From Phoronis australis (lineage: Eukaryota > Animalia > Phoronida): DNA of 64,000 nt. The translations under genes were made by a program, and so were the position numbers. Shown here in pieces: positions 41,501 through 53,500 of this stretch. The notes beneath the pieces were generated by a model that worked only from the letters and a program-made list of their open reading frames with translations, was not told the origin of the DNA and did not search any database. The stretch lies in assembly GCA_002633005.1 (NCBI GenBank), contig NMRA01000079.1, positions 981,148 to 1,045,147 of the forward strand, given 5' to 3'. The stretch's first letter is position 1; each line of letters opens with the position of its first letter.

Positions 41501-44500
41501 ATGTGCACGCAGGAGACATCTGCAACCATCGCGTTGCTTTGGTGGAAGAAGGTCGCATACTAGACAGAGAAGGTGATCCCATATCAGACATGCAGATGGC
41601 GCATGACGTAGGGAGGACGTAAGTAACCTATTCTGCCAAAACAAACATCTAGTTTAACAGCAGATTTGGCTGTGCAGTCTGAGCATAGCATGCCTCAAGA
41701 AATGTCGTCTTAGTGTAAATCCGTCGTTCGTTAAAATTACGGATTGAATTACACGTAGATCGCTTCTTTCAGGAATCGATATCTTGTACCACTAGTCTAA
41801 ACTTGTTCACTTCTCAGATTAAACGTGCTCACCGAGTTCGGAAAGGAATGGCAGATTATTTGAGCATAGGGGAATGCCACGTCATGCAGTTTGAGTATTT
41901 ATTCAATACCTTTCCAAGTTGGAAGTCAAGTATCCAGGTTAAAGGCCTGTGGTCCGAGTTATAGACAAAAAACGTTTAACGCCATTTTAGCCGGGTTTTT
42001 TGGTATGACGTAAAGTTCATATAGAATATTACATGGCGAAGTCGTTATCCCCCGTTATCTAGAGCCCGAGTGGATAATATTGTGGTATAAAAAAGTTATT
42101 AACTTTGAATACGTGCACAACATTTGCAAAAGTCGTTTTTAATGTTACCAACAAATGAGATGTTTACAAAGAATAAAAAGGATAGTCATTAAAATACAAA
42201 AGATATTACAATAACGCAACGCATGCGCAGCCACAGGGGCAATACCGATACAAAATGCAAAGGTGTACTGCCGAAGGCGAAACGCGGGCGTACTGCTCTA
42301 CGAGATTCTGAAAAGGACGAATTAGTCAGCAGAAAAAGCGGCACTACCGACAAACCGTGTACAAAAGCGAGTCGTTCGAAAGGTGTGAAACAATGAGGAC
42401 AAGATTCAATCTTCGAACTCATAAAAATATTGAAAGTCTTTCGATGGACAAGTAAGTGTGCTGTTTGTAAAATGTTCAGTGACTCGTATGTACATATGTA
42501 CGCTTCGAGCGTTCACTGCATGGGTAACTGATCTCAGTCGACATACATCAGACCAGATTTATTCTGAAGTTAATTCAGTCAGCTGTTCAGTGTTTCTCCT
42601 GTGATTTGTTGCCTTTACTTATACCGATTCACACTGGCTGAGACTAATTAGTAATTTACACTTGTGAGTGCCAGGTCCTTTCATACTAACGTCGATCCGG
42701 CGATATTATGGGGATTTGCGGTCAATGTGAACGGTTAACTTCGGTCCGTGACCCAAGTTAACAACGCCAGTTAACTTCGCCGTTAACAGGTGACTTATCA
42801 GCGGAGCGCAGACGCTGCGGTGCAGTATGAACGGTCCTTGAACTTCGGTCCCATCGAAGTTATCGCCAGGAGGCACTGTTATCGTCAACGATTACAGAGC
42901 AGTGTTCTCGCTAATTGGTTGCTCATATTTTGCTCAATTCGAATTAGAACTAGGTTTTTGTGCCAATGATTAGCTCGTCAATATTCCCAAATTATAACAT
43001 AGCGTGCAAGCGATGAATCAGCGCTACCTCGCGATTACTTCGATGACAACAGCGCCAGCCACCGTTTACTTCGATGTCCGTTAACTACCGAAGCCTTTAT
43101 GAACGGTTCAGTTAACTTCGCAGTTTACGCTCAGACCGGAGTTAAGTCATTATGAAAGGGCATTTGTATTAGGATAGCAGTTGCCCTGGGGGAGGGGTGG
43201 GGGGAGTTTTTAGGCCGTGTAAGGGAGGTGTTGCCCACTCTCCCTCACATAGCTTTATTAGAAAGCTCGACTTGTCCCTGTTGGTCGTAGTGAGTACACT
43301 GGGTGGTGAGTTTTGGTTGACATGGCTGTCTACATGTAATTACATGTAGTTCTGCTTTATGTTGAGCACTTACACATGCCCGTGTAAGTGTAGGTTGATA
43401 TCTCTTATCCCATTAAGTTTTAAAAGAAGGAACAAATGTGACAAACTGGAGCTTATTATAGATAGCCAGTTTAAAAAGTTTTTGTGCGTTTCCATCTTAG
43501 ACTTTTCAAGTAAGGAGAATTTTTTTATTTACAACCGGCATGGTCCAACCACATTACGTGAACCCACAACCTCAGAAAATGAGACAATCAAGTCTCACGA
43601 TTGGAGTAAAATTCTGTAAGTTTTCTCATGTCACGGAATTTCTCAATTTTCCAGTTTTGTATCGAATGCAGATTAGGCAATGTGCTCTAATCCTTATTGT
43701 TTGTCAATATTAATATTACTTTATCAGTCTTTTATGTTGCTGTCAGGTTAGAATGATCGTGTCTCAGCTATAAATGTTACCTACTGGTAAATCAAAGTTG
43801 TTTTAAACATTAAGGTATGACATGTTTACTTAAAGTGCATTCTTTAATCTTGGGATTTCTCCTGGTAAAATGAGACAAATTTTAGTATTTAAACCCTTCT
43901 TCGTCACATGCACAATCAGATTGAGTGCTTTAAACGAGCTGCCCATACAAACTTTCTTTAAAGGAGTCCCAGACTGGTTATAGAAGCAGATCGCCTAACG
44001 AAACCTTGATGTTTTGTTCCATTTTAGTGCCTTAATATCTCATGGGGGGATATTTCACATTTTATTCAGCTCACAACTCTTAATCGTAACCAAATGTGTC
44101 ATCGTGGTCGTGTAAAGCATTAAAACTTACCTTGTTTAAAGCAAATTGTATTGCGGGAATCATCCATGACCCCAATATTTCAGGGATTACGTAATTCCGA
44201 CAACTCTTTACCCCACCACTATGCACCAGCAACCTCCCCCCACTCAGCGATTTTTACAAAAAATACATTTACCAAGGCGTTTACATATGAGTTTTCAAAA
44301 TGACCTCCCTGTGGCGGGCTTTTTTACCAAAAAACTGCAGGTTGGACCTAGATTTCTACGTCTAAACAACCAAACAGCTTACCAAACAAATATTCGAGAT
44401 ATTTTTGAAAGATGCGTGCACTTCGAAGATGATTTGTGGTTTATATTTTGGCAACAGAACAATGTACATTAAAATGTATGAAACAGTATTTAGTTTTAGT

Positions 44501-47500
44501 TGTTTATGATAGATTTGTGTAATCCCTTCATCAATCATATCTGCGTTATGTTTTTATCAGTGGTTTGTAAGATTTCCAGTTGAGCTAAGAACAGTTACAA
44601 AGTAACGACTTTGCCAATGAACTGGCTTAGAAATGTATTTTAACTGCAATCGAATTTGAAACTTTGTGTATCCACAGACCTTCTTTTGATTACCCTAAAA
44701 CAATTAATTATCATGCCCATGTTGCAGCATTCCAGGCTTGGCTATCCAAAACTCACAGGCGTTATAAAACAATTATCTGTTTAACCAGTAGCACAGAACT
44801 TTTATTACGCTGTGTTTACTGACACAGGCAAACTGGGATATTGCGTGATCAAGAACAGGCTTCACTGCACTTGCATGTCACTTTCACAAGGCTTATAGCT
44901 TGGGAGTTAGAAACCGATGATCTGCAACCACAAATACCCATGATATACATGTACCACCATCACCATTACTACAAGCCAGTGTTTTGCCTAGTTGCCCCTT
45001 CCAAGCCCACAATGGGACCTAAGTCCACTCGTCTCCCCTAAATTCGCGTTTGTATGGTTTTATCTTGTCGATTCAATGTCACCGCTTCAGATTCACATAT
45101 TCTTGTCTGAGTTTTCAGTATAGATGCCTCAGAACGCATTTTAAACTGAAGGTCTTCTTACAAATGTCACTATTGCCATATTGCAGCGATTCAGAGCTGC
45201 TGTTCACCCTTGTCCTTATCTTCTTTGCATCCTTACAATCTGCCATAAAGTTTGTGTCTACTCTTGTACAGACTCTGTGCTCTTTTGGAAATTAAGGTAG
45301 ATATAAGCCTGCCTACTGTCAATAAACCAATTTTTCATTTGAACCAAGTATCATTAGTATGAAATTGATCTCGAATCGTTCCTTGATAAAAGTAGGTGTG
45401 AATTTCGGGCTAGAAAATTTCTAACAATTTGTTATTATTCGATAAAGTTTCCTTACGTTGAATTGTCACAGCATGTCATTTTATTCACTTGACATGATCT
45501 CAACCATAGTGAACTGCCAGATCTGTTCAAGACCAAAACTGATCTCAATAAGGAATAAGGAAAATGCCGAGACCAATTCTATACTTAAACGTATAGTTAA
45601 AACGAAACGTCAATTTGCTTGGATAGATTAAGGTAGCCACAGTAATTGTTCTGCAAAAATCCAACTCTGTCGTCCCTGAATGTTTGTTTATTGTTGCTTC
45701 CTGATAGACGATGGTAGTATAAACCTTATTTGAGCATGATGAAACAGTTGCGTGGTAGCTATATTCATTCAACGGCTGGTGAGTAGCACTTGGGTTCAAT
45801 TTCCAGTCTTAGAACTCTAGGATCCATGTTAAAAGGTTTTGCTTTGGCCATGAAAAGTTATGATGCGATGAAGATTCATATCAAGAATCAAATGACAATG
45901 TGCATTAGTTCATACATCATCTTTCTAACTTGTAACCTCTCACACTTGTTGATACTAGCTTTCAGTCGGTGGAATGGGGGCGGTAATCATTGGCTGTACC
46001 CAACGGTGGTTTTCTTTGCATCGTTTCTTTGGTTATGGTGCTTCCGTGCTCAATTGTATTGTACTTTTGCACAATCTTTTACAGGCTATAACGGTACTTT
46101 AGTGAGAAATCCAAGAAGTGTGCAGTTTATATATCACCTATTTCACGAAAGCGCCATCTTCCCGCGCCATCTTTAAATACTGATCGAAAACGAGGCACAC
46201 TGATAAAACCTCGTGAGTGATCATCAGCTGGCCATGGTGTACTGTGCAGTGCCTGAACGTACCAATTCCAGTAATATCTTGTCGGTATCCTTCCCAGGGA
46301 TATGCTTAGCCATTCGCCCAGTCACCAATGCTAGTAAAAATGGTGCTGGGTGAGTAGAAGTTGACTTGCCGGTCGCCCGGTGGCGAGCGAATTTCAGAGC
46401 GCAAAAGCACTATATATCGTTTCCCAGATGAATATGAATAATTTTCCTCCTCCTTGTGCTGTTTTTATCATGAATTTAAGGTTCAGTTTGGTCATCGTGT
46501 CGATGCTCCGGCAGTAAAAAACATCGGCGCAGTGCGAACCTACCGATTCAGTACATGTCACCCGTTACGCGATTCGTCAAAAAACACAGTGTGTGGTCGT
46601 GCACAAAGAATTTGTGGACTAGTCCGAAACGAAGAAAAGGGGAGAAAGGTGGAAGACCGGTCCATGTGCTCATAGCAAATAAAATACCATATTTCTTGGA
46701 ACTGATTTCTTATTGTAATGTACAATGTCATTTTAGCCAAAATTATTTTTATAACATTCGTCCTAATAAGCGCCCATGCCCCTATAAGCGTCCCCACTCG
46801 TTTTCAGACTTCGCTAAAATAAGCGCCCAGTCCATGAATGTGTATATATCAGTGCGAAAAATGTCTTACCTCACAGTTCTAAAATTCTACAGTAAATGTA
46901 TTCAATTTATCAATAATATCCGACAGTTCTGAAAAATCATTGTGCGCGTAATTTCTAGTAGACCACGAGCCTCGCCGCTATGTCGGTATTTAGCCGTGGC
47001 TGTACACTTCAAACCATTCCGCAGTGCTTCAAAAAGAACGCAAAAGATTTGCTGATCTTGCGCGGAAAGTGTCACACTACATGGTCTGGCCCTGATCAGA
47101 ACAGACGCAGCGTACTCAGGTCAACGGGATTGGTATTGTATCTTTCCCGTACAGATCTTCTCCCACAACAGGAATCCAGATTGTTTTGTACACGAAAAAT
47201 TATAAAAACCGCGAATCGAAACTTGGCCAAGAAGCGCGCGCTAGGGCCCACATATAACATGTGGGCCTGCTCAATGAGATAAATATACTACATTATACAG
47301 CTCATTGGGCCTGCTACTCTGGCAAATGAACACTGATGACACGCACGCGCTCGCTCACTCGGTGCACACCAGCTGATTCACTTCAATACAAACGTCACGT
47401 GACAACAACATATGTGTTCGTCCAGATTTTTCTCGTTGCGGGGTGCGATCTAGCGCAGATTTTGACTTAATCTGCGGTTAATCCCGACTCCGAGTCCACA

Positions 47501-50500
47501 GGAACTTAAGAATCTTAGGAAAGGCTATTTGGGAGGATTTCAGGTAATTTGAGTCGAAACTATTTTTACTCAAGAATTCAAGTTGTCCTATCGACGATCG
47601 CGAAGCAGCGACGCATCAGTCGGCAAGTTTTCGCCCTGGGATTTCAGCACATTTTTTTTAAAAAGATCGTAATTTAACAACAGAGTTTGATAGCAATGCA
47701 CCACAGTTTTGTAGCTAGTCTGTCATAGGTTACACATACGTCACAGCGCGTAAATTTGATGAATCCTAGCTTCCGATTTCACCCGTTTCGGAGACCAGGT
47801 TTTAACTGCCGTAGGCTACAAAAAGAGTCCCCCTGGGCGCTTATTAGAGCGAATACGGTAGCCCTAATAGATGGTGACATCAGTGCACGAAACGATGATT
47901 TTTATTTAAATTAGCAGCAAGTTTGTGGTGACTGGCGCCAACGGCCGGGTGACCGAACTTCGGGCTTGGCGAGTAGATTTTCTGGCTCCGGCACTCACCC
48001 AGCTCCGGGCGAGCAGAAAAGCCTGGATATATCCCTGACTTCCACACTTTTTCAAAAGAGGGAAAACTATAAGGAATGGCTGAGGAGGGTAAAAGTCTAG
48101 TTGCCATAAGTATTGGTATGTTTTTGGAGATCGATTCAACATCAGACAACTTGATTTTTGGTAACGTTGATAAGTCTTTTGACCACAACAACTTGCAGGA
48201 CGATGCAATGTTTGTCAAGGCGCCGCGTTTTCGAGCAACACGACAGCAGCGCCCCGCGTTCGTGAAAGAGGTGAATACAGCACTGCAACTGGTGTCCATA
48301 ATTAGTATACATGTATGCTTGGGAGAAGATCACGGCGTGCACAAACTTGACACATGAATTCCAGGGTCCAGCCTGTCCATTGCTTGGAGGTCAATGGTCT
48401 TGCAATGGCAACAAATGATAACTGATCTATCAAACGAAACTATCACTGCCTTTGTGAACACTTAACAATTGACACTATCTTTAAAGTTCCTTTTGTACAA
48501 TAGCTTGACCTTGATAAAACCTGTAGTCATCACAACAGGACACAGTAGTATTTTTCATCTTATCAATTTACTGTTCAGTAGGGCCTATACATGTACAAGT
48601 TTAGCATTTTACTTTAGATTATATACGTTTAATAAACCAGCACTGCTTGATGACTGTCTCCTACATGCGACTCCAATACAGGGATACAGGACCTGCTTTG
48701 TAATTGAAGTGTTCATGTAACTTGGTTCAGGTTGAGTCTATCATCTGCTTTTGTCGATCCCGGTGGTAGTTTGAATTGACTACGTAATTAAAATAAATGC
48801 GTCCATGACTTAAGCATATTACGATTTATTACATGTCATGTAGCAACTCTTGTTTGCATTTTCATGTATGTGATGTTGAGAATTACTGCTGTGAAATGCA
48901 TTTGTTGTTGTGCAGGTTAAACTTTGGCACGGAAAATCCATTCTGTTCGTTAATGTGATTGCGTCATTGCTGTTAAAGCTACTATAAACATGCCTTCCAT
49001 CAAATAAACCAACTCTTGATTTTGACTATTTATTGTCTCGGCCCATTCCTTACCCATAAGTGCAAGTGATTCCTGGAATTAGAAAAAAATGGCCTCAGCT
49101 TATGAAGTTGGCTTGAAACAGCGTGTCAATTTTCTAGGTGAATTCTTTCCAAGCCAAGAAACCTATCCTCACGTTCATACACAATGCAAGTCTAAGCAGT
49201 ACATGGGTAACAGTGATACATTATATTCCATAGGATACACATTAATGCAAATTGAAATTTCACTGTTCTAACTGTTTCGGACCAATTATGTTTAGTTCTC
49301 GAGTTAACTTGTCAATACTGACGCTAGAAATCTGATAGCAGTCGACATTCAAGGACGATGGTTTTCGAAGCACACGTTAGGCCCTCTGTCCTGTGATCTG
49401 ATGGATTGTGTTCTTGATAACGTGAGTCGCATACTCAAACTCCGAAAAGGGTACAAAAGATAAAAGCAAGAACTTTTACCAACCTCCCACTGTCCCTAGC
49501 CTTTTATTTACAAAATCGAGACCATACCACCGATAATACAAAGTCAACGAGTATGTTTTATTGGTTTCTGTGCAGTATCACGGTATTTTTAAAACGGATC
49601 ATGTGAATTGAATGTTCGGTAACACTAGTATTCGCTGAAATGTGGCCGAAATCACATGGTCTAATTTAAAATGCTCTGCAATATCTCACGTAATCTTGTT
49701 AAGTCTTGTTCTTATCGAGGTCCTAGCATTACTGAACTCTACCCAAGTTAGGGTTATGTAACGCTAGGATCTGCGGAAGGTCCCACGAGGTTGTTTGATA
49801 TAGTGCCGCGTGTTTTTAATGAGAACATGCTCGTAAAATTGATATTTCTAGTCGCGAGTCAGCTACATGTAGTGAGCTCTACCCTTTTTTAAATACAGAT
49901 CGGTACTGCAATATAATTGAAGGTTTGAAACAAAAGCATTGCCAAAGCACCTACTGTATAAACCTGCGTGCAATCCAAAAAGCGGACTTTAGATTAAAAC
50001 GGTCAAACCTTGATGGCATTTGTGCCCGCATAATTACCGCTTTGTTAAACTAACATGTAGTCTGGCTTCCGTCAAGTATTACGATTCCTACTGTATGTTC
50101 TTTACAAGGCGTGAAATGATCTCTTTCCTAGGGGATATTTTGGTATCAATTTGAGTGGCCTTTGATAAATCAAAATATTCTTGTTTGGTAACAGAACTGA
50201 GACCTGCCTTATTGAATATAAACNTAGCATTACTGAACTCTACCCAAGGTAGGGTTATGTAACGCTAGGATCTGCGGAAGGTCCCACGAGGTTGTTTGAT
50301 ATAGTGCCGCGTGTTTTTAATGAGAACATGATCGTAAAATTGATATTTCTAGTCGCGAGTCAGCTACATGTAGTGAGCTCTACCCTTTTTTAAATACAGA
50401 TCGGTACTGCAATATAATTGAAGGTTTGAAACAAAAGCATTGCCAAAGCACCTACATGTACTGTATAAACCTGCGTGCAATCCAAAAAGCGGACTTTAGA

Positions 50501-53500
50501 TTAAAACGGTCAAACCTTGATGGCATTTGTGCCCGCATAATTACCGCTTTGTTAAACTAACATGTAGTCTGGCTTCCGTCAAGTATTACGATTCCTACTG
50601 TATGTTCTTTACAAGGCGTGAAATGATCTCTTTCCTAGGGGATATTTTGGTATCAATTTGAGTGGCCTTTGATAAATCAAAATATTCTTGTTTGGTAACA
50701 GAACTGAGACCTGCCTTATTGAATATAAACTCTGGGAATGAATTACATACTTGGAGTGGTTCGGTCAGGATTTTTTTATGTTCTTTTTCAGTTTAGGTCT
50801 GCCAGGAAACCAGCTATCATGTTCCGAGGGCATTATGGAATCCCGGGAGACGCATAAAGGTTGGTCCGCTTGTAGCAAGCAGAAATTAAAGAAGATACTA
50901 AGGTACTGAAATTAAACCTTCTACTAACCAAGGCTTTACATGTTACTTAAACGTTAAAGTATATTTGAGAACAGACGACTTGGTTTCTTTTGCTGACATC
51001 GCTTTTTGCATTCATGAACATAATTTAAAGTGATGTCATTACCGACAACATCGTGTGCTACGCATGCGCAACCCAAGAACGGAAGCCTCAAGAGAAAAAC
51101 CTGGTGACATGTACCATCAAGAGATGATTGACTACACGAATCGAATAACTACATGTATTCAGATGAACGGAGGGCGGTAATAGTTCCCGTAGTCACAGTA
51201 GTTTTCTATATAGGCCTACACTGGACAATTAAACGTACGAAATCCACGCATAAAACCGCAATTACAGATCACTCTTTTTAGAATCCTTTCTAATCCTGAC
51301 CAAATCTCGACAAAATCTCCTCAGGTTTTCTATGTTCATTTTGTCGAAGTTGTTACAATTCATTTCGCAAGTCCATTGTATCAAGTGACATTTAATGCCC
51401 AAGCAAACTAGTAACGTAGATCAATTACACTGTGAACACTATTTTATTGCGACTAAAGGTCGAACAAACTTCTTAAGTCGGAGTTCTGTCGAATTTTGCA
51501 TATACTATTTTGAAAAATACTTTAGACTGGGCTAGCCCAGCTTTCAGTTACATGAACACAACATCGCCTAACCCCACCTATCATTCACATGTTGATCATT
51601 TCGGTGTGACCGCAATGAAATTTATCTGGCAATGGAAACGTGTGACTTACAAAACAACACCAATGTGCAAGCTGCCGCATTGACTGAATCTTCGGGATTT
51701 TGACTGGATGCCTTAAGCATTGTTGGTTGTTATCAACATTTGTTGGCATCCATGCTTGATTACCCCTAACAACAGAACAATCATTTATCGTTCAAACTTG
51801 CATATTTATAAGAAAACGCACAGACGTGGATAACATCTGGTGGACAGACGTCCTATTTGACGCCTTACGACAAATTAGGGTAACATTTTAAGAAAAGGGA
51901 CACATTAAGATGGCCGATATCCTGGCAGATAACTTGCGACAGCCTTTCGCCAATAGAGCCTAATCAAAAATCATTTAATTGGAATGTATACATTTAGGTA
52001 TATCATTGCCAGAGTAAATTGGTGTGTTTTGTATCCCAACACAATTAAGAAATAGCTACCGTGATTACACTTTCCGTCAATGGCGGAATCTGGCAAAGCT
52101 AGTGCCTCGTCTTCATTTTTCGCAAAGTAACCTGTTCTACGAAAAACAGCCTTGCTCTGCCATCTGATTCGTTGGCAGACGCTTAAAAGGAAGAACTGAC
52201 TACGGTTTGTTTCATCATGCGTGTGGTAAAATAATACTCCTTGTGATCGTAGGGCACGGAAGCATTGTCAAAGGGTGTGTACTTTTGACAATCATCCTCC
52301 ACTAAATTTGTTCACAAGATCACTTTACTCCATTCCCAGCGACCCGTGGATATACTCTTGCTTGGAATATCAAGAAGGTTCCATGCCAGTGCCGAAGGCT
52401 TCTCTTGGCCTTATTTCAGCGGAGGACTTTGAGGCAATCAAACAAAACTGTAATGATGACATGGTTGCTACTCACTGGGTATACAAAGGCAAGTTCTCCA
52501 GGACAATTAGCTACACACTTCTCGCCAGACGCTTCTCGCCATGGGTAAGTCGGCTAGGGACACAGAGCATTGTTTGAGAATACATATATTTCGTGTTCAC
52601 TAGTCAAAAATGCCCTTGTACCTCTTGGCCCCATTCATGTTTCAGTGTTAAAGAGTTCCAAGTATTAATTAAAGGTGTATTTGCATGAACCTAACTATGC
52701 TAATAAATAGCAGGAACTAAACGTCAATCTATTTTAACTTCATATGCACTAAACGAGGTGCAGATGTATTCGTAGACACAATGTAAATGTAAAAACAAAA
52801 AATAGGAAATAGGTGGCCTTTGCACGAATGGCGTATCTTAGGCGCTCGCATAGCCAAGGTCATGCACTGTTATTCCTCACAACCACGTCACGATAATTAC
52901 TGGATTCGGTTGAGTGATTTACGGAGGATCATTTTCGACCCAAAATTCGTCCAAAAAAACATTTGGCAGTTTTCAACCTACTTCATATTCACATAATCGC
53001 TTGTTTCTAACTAATGTGACCAACTATGAAACAATTACAGCAATAAGGAATTAGCGTGCATGTTCCACTTTAAATTCTAACCGTGTCAGTCTGTCAAACT
53101 CATTGCATTATTACGTGCAGAGCTACCTAAGATAGAACTGAGGGACCCACATGGATTATATGTGTGCTTGTATGCTACATCTAATTTCCCAACATCAACC
53201 TAAATCAACGCTTCCACTTACCAAGCTATCGCGTAGTCTAGTACACGTTAATCTTTAAGACCGGCCTCTTTCGTCAGTGGATAAGGGAATGTTCATGCAC
53301 AGTGAGGGTATTTGACATCGCCACTGCCCGGGTGAGATTGTGGATTATGAAAACTAAATATGTCTTTGGAAATCGAACTCGGTTTTTCATCGGCAACAGA
53401 CGAATTTAGAATGGTTTGCCAAAATCTTAGCTGCCTGAGTAGCACAATAACGGGTTGAATTGTATACATCACTGCACAATAGTGCTTAACTGGGTGGTCT

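Larger units (their letters stand above)
30091..44553 (+). repeat. Large near-identical tandem duplication (copy A 30091-38214, copy B 38216-~44553) joined at an N; probably two uncollapsed haplotypes
   Basis: Both copies start aatgaataaagcctaaaactcgc and end catatctgcgttatgttt; single n at 38215; colinear with scattered SNPs and indels. Confidence 0.92.

Noticed and set aside
46231-46349. Exon-d-like segment ending GCTGG|gtgagt
   Set aside because: Frame begins MVYCAVPERTNS, a decayed THAP start; no GxxC or helix motif.
49576-49650. Reprolysin-like 'VTLVFAEMW' after a gtgcag acceptor
   Set aside because: Needs frameshifts, and the sequence aligns to the MITE family seen at 3985 and 25765.
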